A stretch of 64,000 nt of DNA from the NCBI GenBank assembly GCA_035316025.1, contig DATFXL010000070.1:7547-71546 (forward strand). The letters are read 5' to 3'. The translations under genes and the position numbers were made by a program. Shown piece after piece: positions 59,284-64,000 of this stretch. Each line of letters starts with the position of its first letter. The stretch's first letter is position 1. This DNA is from Acidimicrobiia bacterium. GTDB taxonomy: Bacteria; Actinomycetota; Acidimicrobiia; IMCC26256; JACDBD01. Under the pieces are notes generated by a model. That model ran no database searches. It saw nothing but the letters and a program-made list of their open reading frames with translations, and was not told where the DNA came from.

Positions 59284-60554
59284 CAGGTCGCCGCCGTCTC
59301 GTGCGCGTCGAGGAGAGCGCGGTAGTGGTCCACGGTGCCCTCGGCGGTCTTGCGCCAGGTGAACCGCTCGAGCACCCGCTGGCGTCCGGCGGCTCCGATC
59401 CGCGACCGCAGTTCGGCGTCGTCGAGCAGGTGCCCGAGGGCGCCGGCGAGCGCGGACGGGTCTGCCGGCGGAACGAGCAGAGCGGTCTCGCCGTCGCGCC
59501 CGACCACCTCCGGCAGCGCGCCACCAGTCGTGGCAACGATGGGCACGCCGCAGGCCATCGCCTCGACGGCTGGAAGCGAGAACCCCTCGTACAACGAGGG
59601 CACGGCGGCGACGTCCGCCTGCGCGTACAGCTCGACGATGCGCTCCGTCGTCACGCCGTGCACGAACTCGACCGCGCCGTCCAGCCCGAGGCGATCGATG
59701 AGCGCCGGGATCCTGCTTCGTCCCTTGGGCTTGCCGATGACGACGAGGCGGGCGTCGTCGCGCTCGGTGCGGAGCTTGGCGACCGCTTCGAGCAACGGGG
59801 CGAGGCCCTTCATCGGGACGTCGGCGCTGGCCGTCGTCATGATGCGGCCGGGCACACGGCGGACCTCGGGGCGGGGCCGGAAGACCGCCGGGTTGGCTCC
59901 CACCGGGACGACATGGAGGCGGCCCGGGTCGACGTGCATCTCCCGGACGATGTCGCGTCGGGAAGAGTCGGAAACCGTGAGCAGCCGCGGGATCTGCCGG
60001 GCGACGCGCGTTTGCATGTCGATGAAGCCGTACCAGCGGCGCAGTGTGACGCGCTTCCACGCGCGCGTGGCGTACTCGAGATCGAGGTCGCGATCGACGG
60101 TCACCGGGTGGTGCAGGGTCGCCAGCATCGGCCAACCGTCTTCGACGAGCTTGGCCAGGCCGGTGCCGAGCGACTGGTTGTCGTGCACGACATCGAAGTC
60201 GGCGCGCCGGCTCCGGAGGAGCCGCCGTACTCGGAGGCTGAACGTGTACGGCTCGGGAAATCCGGCGGCGCACATGATGCCGAACTCGGTGACGTCGATT
60301 CGGGTCTTGAACTCCCAGGGCCACGGAACGCGGAACGGGTTCTCGGGGCGGTACAGGTCGAGGCTCGGCACCCGTGTCAGCTGCGACGGATCGACCAGCT
60401 CCGGGTAGGGCTGTCCCGAGAACACCTCGACGGTGTGACCGAGCTCGGTGAGCTCGCGTGCGAGCTCCCGCGTGTACACACCTTGTCCACCGCAGTGCGG
60501 GTTGCCGCGGTACACCAGGTAGGCGACACGAAGGGGCTGATCCGGGCGCGGCAC
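59283..60554 (-). CDS. GT4-family (GT-B, retaining) glycosyltransferase
   Basis: GTG at 60554 (VPRPDQPLRVAYLVY). Has GGQGVYTRELARELTELGH and the EX7E region (PSLYEGFSLPAVEAMACGVPIVAT). Confidence 0.8.
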   Translation of the reverse strand: MPRPDQPLRVAYLVYRGNPHCGGQGVYTRELARELTELGHTVEVFSGQPYPELVDPSQLTRVPSLDLYRPENPFRVPWPWEFKTRIDVTEFGIMCAAGFPEPYTFSLRVRRLLRSRRADFDVVHDNQSLGTGLAKLVEDGWPMLATLHHPVTVDRDLDLEYATRAWKRVTLRRWYGFIDMQTRVARQIPRLLTVSDSSRRDIVREMHVDPGRLHVVPVGANPAVFRPRPEVRRVPGRIMTTASADVPMKGLAPLLEAVAKLRTERDDARLVVIGKPKGRSRIPALIDRLGLDGAVEFVHGVTTERIVELYAQADVAAVPSLYEGFSLPAVEAMACGVPIVATTGGALPEVVGRDGETALLVPPADPSALAGALGHLLDDAELRSRIGAAGRQRVLERFTWRKTAEGTVDHYRALLDAHETAAT

Positions 60555-60629
60555 GAAGGAGCAGCCTAGTGGCGGGGGAGGGCCGGGTAGCCTCCGGGCA
60601 ATGCCTCTGCTCGGCGAGCCCGACGCTCG

Positions 60630-61271
60630 GTGAACACGATCTACGCCGGCCCGAAGCGCGGGGCGGACCGGGCGGTGCTCTTGGCGCACGGCGCCGGATC
60701 CGACATGCACGCGGCGACGCTGGAGCACGTCGCCGACGCGCTCGCGGCCGTGAAGGTCCCTTCGCTCCGTTTCAACTACCCGTACCGCGACGCGGGCAGG
60801 AAATCACCCGACCGCGCCGCGGTGCTCGACGCCGCCACTCGGGAGGCCGCCGCCGAGCTCGCGCGCGTCACGAAGCTGTCACCTGAGCGGCTCGTGCTCG
60901 GCGGTCGGTCGATGGGCGGCCGGCACTGCTCGCTCGTCGTCGGCGACGACCAAGACCCGGTGCCGGCCCTCGGGCTTCTCCTGCTTGGATATCCGCTTCA
61001 CGCCGCCGGGAAGCCCGACCAGCCGCGTATCGAGCACTTCCCGCGCCTGCGGGTCCCGTGCCTGTTCGTGAGCGGGACGCGTGACTCGCTCGCGTCGCAT
61101 GACGCGCTGACGACCGCGGTGAAGGCGATCAAGGGACCGGTGACCATGCACTGGCTCGAGTCGGCCGACCACGGCTACCGGCCGAAGAAGTCTTCAGGAC
61201 GGACGGCCGACGAGGTAGCCGCCGAGGTTTCGGACGTCTCGGTGCGGTGGGTGCAGTCGCTCCCCGGGTGA
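60630..61271 (+). CDS. Alpha/beta hydrolase (KANL3/Tex30 / dienelactone-hydrolase-like)
   Basis: LLAHGAGSDM, nucleophile elbow GGRSMGG, and C-terminal ADHGY. Confidence 0.7.
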   Translation: MNTIYAGPKRGADRAVLLAHGAGSDMHAATLEHVADALAAVKVPSLRFNYPYRDAGRKSPDRAAVLDAATREAAAELARVTKLSPERLVLGGRSMGGRHCSLVVGDDQDPVPALGLLLLGYPLHAAGKPDQPRIEHFPRLRVPCLFVSGTRDSLASHDALTTAVKAIKGPVTMHWLESADHGYRPKKSSGRTADEVAAEVSDVSVRWVQSLPG

Positions 61272-61300
61272 CGACTGCCCGCTCGTCGCCCTTCGCGGCG

Positions 61301-61837
61301 CTAGTCCCCGGTCTGGCCGTCGATCTGTTCGCGCATCAGGTCGAGATGGCCCGCGTGGCGCGCCGTCTCTTCGAGCACGTGGACGAGGATCCACCGCAGC
61401 GACACGTGTCCATAGAAGGGCGAGACACCCACGCTGATGTCGTCCAGGGACGGCGTCGTGGCGACGATGCGCCGCGAGTGATCAGTCGACTCGCGATAGA
61501 ACGCCACGATCCCGCCGACGGTGTCATCGGGTTCGATGCGGAAGAAGCCGAGCGGATCCTCGTCGCGCGACGCGGTGTCGATCTCCTCGCCGGCGAAGCG
61601 CTCGCGGAACCAGCTTTGTTCGACGTCGCCGAGGTGCTTCACGATCCCGAGCAGGCTGAGGCCTGTGGGCGTCATGATCCGGCTGGCGTCCTCCAGTGAC
61701 AGCGCCGACACCTTGTTCTCGACGACGCCCCGGTACCAGTCGAGGTAGCCGGAGAGCAGGGCCCGCTCGTTCGCTTGACCTCCGAGGTCGGGCGAGTCGG
61801 CCACGGCCGGAGCGTAATCCGACAGGACATGCGTCAC
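61301..61837 (-). CDS. DinB/DUF664-family (mycothiol-dependent-transferase-like) protein
   Basis: 178-aa four-helix-bundle pattern with a His triad context (GIVKHLGDVE, VLEETARHAGHLDLMRE). Confidence 0.7.
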   Translation of the reverse strand: MTHVLSDYAPAVADSPDLGGQANERALLSGYLDWYRGVVENKVSALSLEDASRIMTPTGLSLLGIVKHLGDVEQSWFRERFAGEEIDTASRDEDPLGFFRIEPDDTVGGIVAFYRESTDHSRRIVATTPSLDDISVGVSPFYGHVSLRWILVHVLEETARHAGHLDLMREQIDGQTGD

Positions 61838-61940
61838 ATCCGAGAAGGCCTGCTCCGCGCCTCGCGAACAGCGCGCGAAGGGTCTGTGAACCGGCTCCTA
61901 TTGTTCGGGTCGGCGCACCGGCACCTGCGAGACTGTTCGC

Positions 61941-62465
61941 ATGCGAGTTCGTCGCTACTTCGCATTCGTCGATCTGTGCGGCTTCACGCGGTTCACGGAG
62001 GTCCACGGCGACGTGGAGTCCGTGGCCGTGCTGACCGGCTTCCGAACCCTCGTGCGGGACATCGCGTCGGAGCACGGGGTCCGGGTGGCGAAGTGGCTCG
62101 GCGACGGCGCCATGTTCGTCAGCACGGACGGTCCCGCGTTGGCGGCGGCGCTCCTCGAGCTCGACCACCGAGCCTCGGACGCAGTGGACCTGCCACTGCG
62201 TGCCGGGTTCTCCGGCGGCGACGTGATCCTGTTCGAGGGAGACGACTACATCGGCGGGCCGGTGAACCTCGCGTCCCGGCTCAGCGACGTAGCGTCGCCG
62301 GGCGAGATCGTCGCCAGCTCCGACATGGCTGAGTTCGTTCCCGACGGCGGTGAGGTACGGCCGGTCGAGCCGCGGGTGGTGCCCGGGTTCATGCAACCCG
62401 TCCCGATCGTGGCCGTGGGCGTCGCCGACCCGATCACGGAGACGCACGAGATCATCGCCAGCTGA
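61941..62465 (+). CDS. Stand-alone class III adenylate/guanylate cyclase catalytic domain
   Basis: Metal-binding FVDLCGFT and KWLGDGAMF, plus the transition-state GGPVNLASRL. Only 174 aa, with no sensor or TM domain. Confidence 0.75.
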   Translation: MRVRRYFAFVDLCGFTRFTEVHGDVESVAVLTGFRTLVRDIASEHGVRVAKWLGDGAMFVSTDGPALAAALLELDHRASDAVDLPLRAGFSGGDVILFEGDDYIGGPVNLASRLSDVASPGEIVASSDMAEFVPDGGEVRPVEPRVVPGFMQPVPIVAVGVADPITETHEIIAS

Positions 62466-62507
62466 CCTCCCTCGTCCCGAGGGAGCCGAGCGCTAGCCTG
62501 CGACGTC

Positions 62508-63329
62508 ATGGCGTACGCAACGATCGGCTTCGAACGCGACGGGCCCGTCGGGTGGCTCCGACTCACCCGTCCCGACCGATTGAACGCGTTCACGCCTGAG
62601 ATGTGGCGCGAGCTGCGCGAGCTCGGCGAGGAGTTGCGCGACGACCTCGAGTTGCGCGCGCTGGTCGTCATCGGTGAGGGGCGGGCGTTCTCGAGCGGCA
62701 TCGACACGTCGGTGTTCGCAGGTGAAACCGCGGGCTCGCTCGAGACCGACGACAGCAAGCCGCGCCGTCACGAGGATCCCGCCGTCGATGCGATCATGCA
62801 GACGCAGGATTCCTACACGTGGCTCGAAGAGGCGCCGTACGCGACGATCGCCGCTGTACGCGGGTACGCCCTCGGAGCCGGGCTCCAGCTCGCGCTGGCA
62901 TGCGACCTGCGCGTCTTCGCCGAAGGCACGAAAACGGGTCTACTCGAGTTCAAGTACGGGATCCTGCCCGATCTCGGCGGCACGCAGCGGCTGCCGCGTC
63001 TGGTCGGCCCCGGCAAGGCCAAGGAGCTCGTCTTCACGGCCGCACAGATCGACGCCAACGAGGCCTTTCGTATCGGGCTCGTCGAGCGGCTCGTACCCGA
63101 GGCCGAGCTCGAATCGACGGTGAGCGAGCTCGCGGCCACGATCGCGGCGCAGCCGCCGCTGGCACTGGAAGGCGCCAAGCGCGCCATCGACGCCGCCGGT
63201 GCCGTCCCGACCCGCGACGGGTTGCGGATCGAGGCCGAGCGGCAGGCCGTGTGCCTGCGGTCGGACGACATGAAGGAAGCGATCGCCGCCTTCGTCGAGC
63301 GGCGGCCGCCGAGCTACCAGCGTCGATAG
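62508..63329 (+). CDS. Enoyl-CoA hydratase/isomerase (crotonase) family protein
   Basis: LNAFT, GEGRAFSSGID oxyanion motif, and AAVRGYALGAGLQLALACDLRV. Confidence 0.85.
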   Translation: MAYATIGFERDGPVGWLRLTRPDRLNAFTPEMWRELRELGEELRDDLELRALVVIGEGRAFSSGIDTSVFAGETAGSLETDDSKPRRHEDPAVDAIMQTQDSYTWLEEAPYATIAAVRGYALGAGLQLALACDLRVFAEGTKTGLLEFKYGILPDLGGTQRLPRLVGPGKAKELVFTAAQIDANEAFRIGLVERLVPEAELESTVSELAATIAAQPPLALEGAKRAIDAAGAVPTRDGLRIEAERQAVCLRSDDMKEAIAAFVERRPPSYQRR

Positions 63330-63339
63330 CGGTCGGGAG

Positions 63340-64000
63340 ATGGACGCGTTCGTCGTCCGGGCCGACGGTCCGCTGTCGGGCACCGTGCGGGTGTCCGGCG
63401 CGACCAAGAACGCGGGACTGAAGCAGATGGCGGCGGCGCTGCTCGCCCCGGGCGTGACGGTCCTGCGCAACGTCCATCCCGTCCTCGACCTCGACGCGAT
63501 GCTGGACGTGATGCGCGCCATCGGTGCCGACACCCGCTGGACGGGCGAGAACGAGCTCACGATCGACGCAACGGGGCCACTCACACCCGAGGCGCCGTAC
63601 GAGCTCGTGACGCGCATGCGGGCGTCGATCAACGTGCTGGGCCCCCTGCTGGCGCGCTGCGGAGAAGCGCGTGTCGCCATGCCCGGCGGCGACAACATCG
63701 GCAGCCGCAAGCTCGACATGCACTTCCGCGGTCTGCAAGCAATGGGCGCGGAGCTCGAGATCGTGCACGGGCTGATCGAAGCGCGGTGCCAGGCGCTCTG
63801 TGGCGCCCGCATCGTGCTCGACTTCCCGAGCGTCGGCGCGACGGAGAACCTGCTCACGGCGGCCGTGCTCGCGAAGGGCGAGACCGTGTTGGACAACGCC
63901 GCCCGTGAGCCCGAGATCACGGATCTCGCCGCTTTCCTGAACCGCATGGGCGCGCGGATCGATGGCGCGGGGTCGTCGACCATCGAGATCGAAGGCGTCG
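63340..64000 (+). CDS. murA: UDP-N-acetylglucosamine 1-carboxyvinyltransferase, N-terminal part (runs off the window)
   Basis: Absent from the ORF track because there is no stop in the window. The ATG at 63340 follows GGGAGA. The translation is MDAFVVRADGPLSGTVRVSGATKNAGLKQMAAALLA...MPGGDNIGSRKLDMH. The opposite-strand ORF 62940..63983 is an artefact. Confidence 0.85.
   Translation, partial: MDAFVVRADGPLSGTVRVSGATKNAGLKQMAAALLAPGVTVLRNVHPVLDLDAMLDVMRAIGADTRWTGENELTIDATGPLTPEAPYELVTRMRASINVLGPLLARCGEARVAMPGGDNIGSRKLDMHFRGLQAMGAELEIVHGLIEARCQALCGARIVLDFPSVGATENLLTAAVLAKGETVLDNAAREPEITDLAAFLNRMGARIDGAGSSTIEIEGV

Overview
Very GC-rich, densely coding chromosomal core region of an actinobacterium (Actinomycetota-type gene content and synteny: WhiB, PdtaS, Kgd, Bpa, ctaE-qcrC, and an argS-lysA-hom-thrC...rho-rpmE-prfA-prmC...wecA-atp backbone like the mycobacterial Rv1292-Rv1311 region). 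I see no transposase, integrase, phage gene, CRISPR array or rRNA. Gene order: qcrC (partial) and ctaE; ctaG-like; DUF3107 plus two ArsA/Get3-like ATPases; pdtaS; whiB; glpQ-like; DAG-kinase-like; UDG; TauE; DapA-like; MFS pump with TetR; kgd-aroG-bpa; SDR; hydrolase; ArsR-SRPBCC; tRNA-Arg(CCG). Then argS-lysA-hom-thrC-SDR-(ApgM-like proposed homoserine kinase); rho; rpmE; DUF1385; a TetR / unknown di-iron-like / LLM oxidoreductase module; prfA-prmC; a small hypothetical and a nitroreductase; a minus-strand operon of two Cas4-like Fe-S nuclease-fold proteins plus a thiolase-like protein. Then rpiB-glyA-wecA; the complete F1Fo ATP synthase operon (atpZ/I-B-E-F-H-A-G-D-C); a secreted TIM-barrel-like protein; glpX; an acyl-CoA mutase large subunit; a methyltransferase; a GT4 / methyltransferase / terpene-cyclase-fold operon; hydrolase; DinB; a minimal adenylate cyclase; an enoyl-CoA hydratase; murA (partial). 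The items most worth a second look are: (1) three tandem copies of the tRNA-Arg 5' end plus its promoter flank, between tRNA-Arg and argS; (2) the translationally coupled GT4-methyltransferase-terpene-cyclase-fold operon; (3) the TetR-controlled di-iron-like plus LLM module, with a perfect 20-bp AT-rich palindrome; (4) the paired Cas4-like nuclease-fold genes coupled to a cysteine-less thiolase-like gene. A recurring TACCCT -10 box suggests leaderless prfA and thrB-like mRNAs. All functional calls come from reading the translated ORFs and motifs by eye; no database search was run. Many long ORFs in the track are antisense high-GC artefacts and were rejected.
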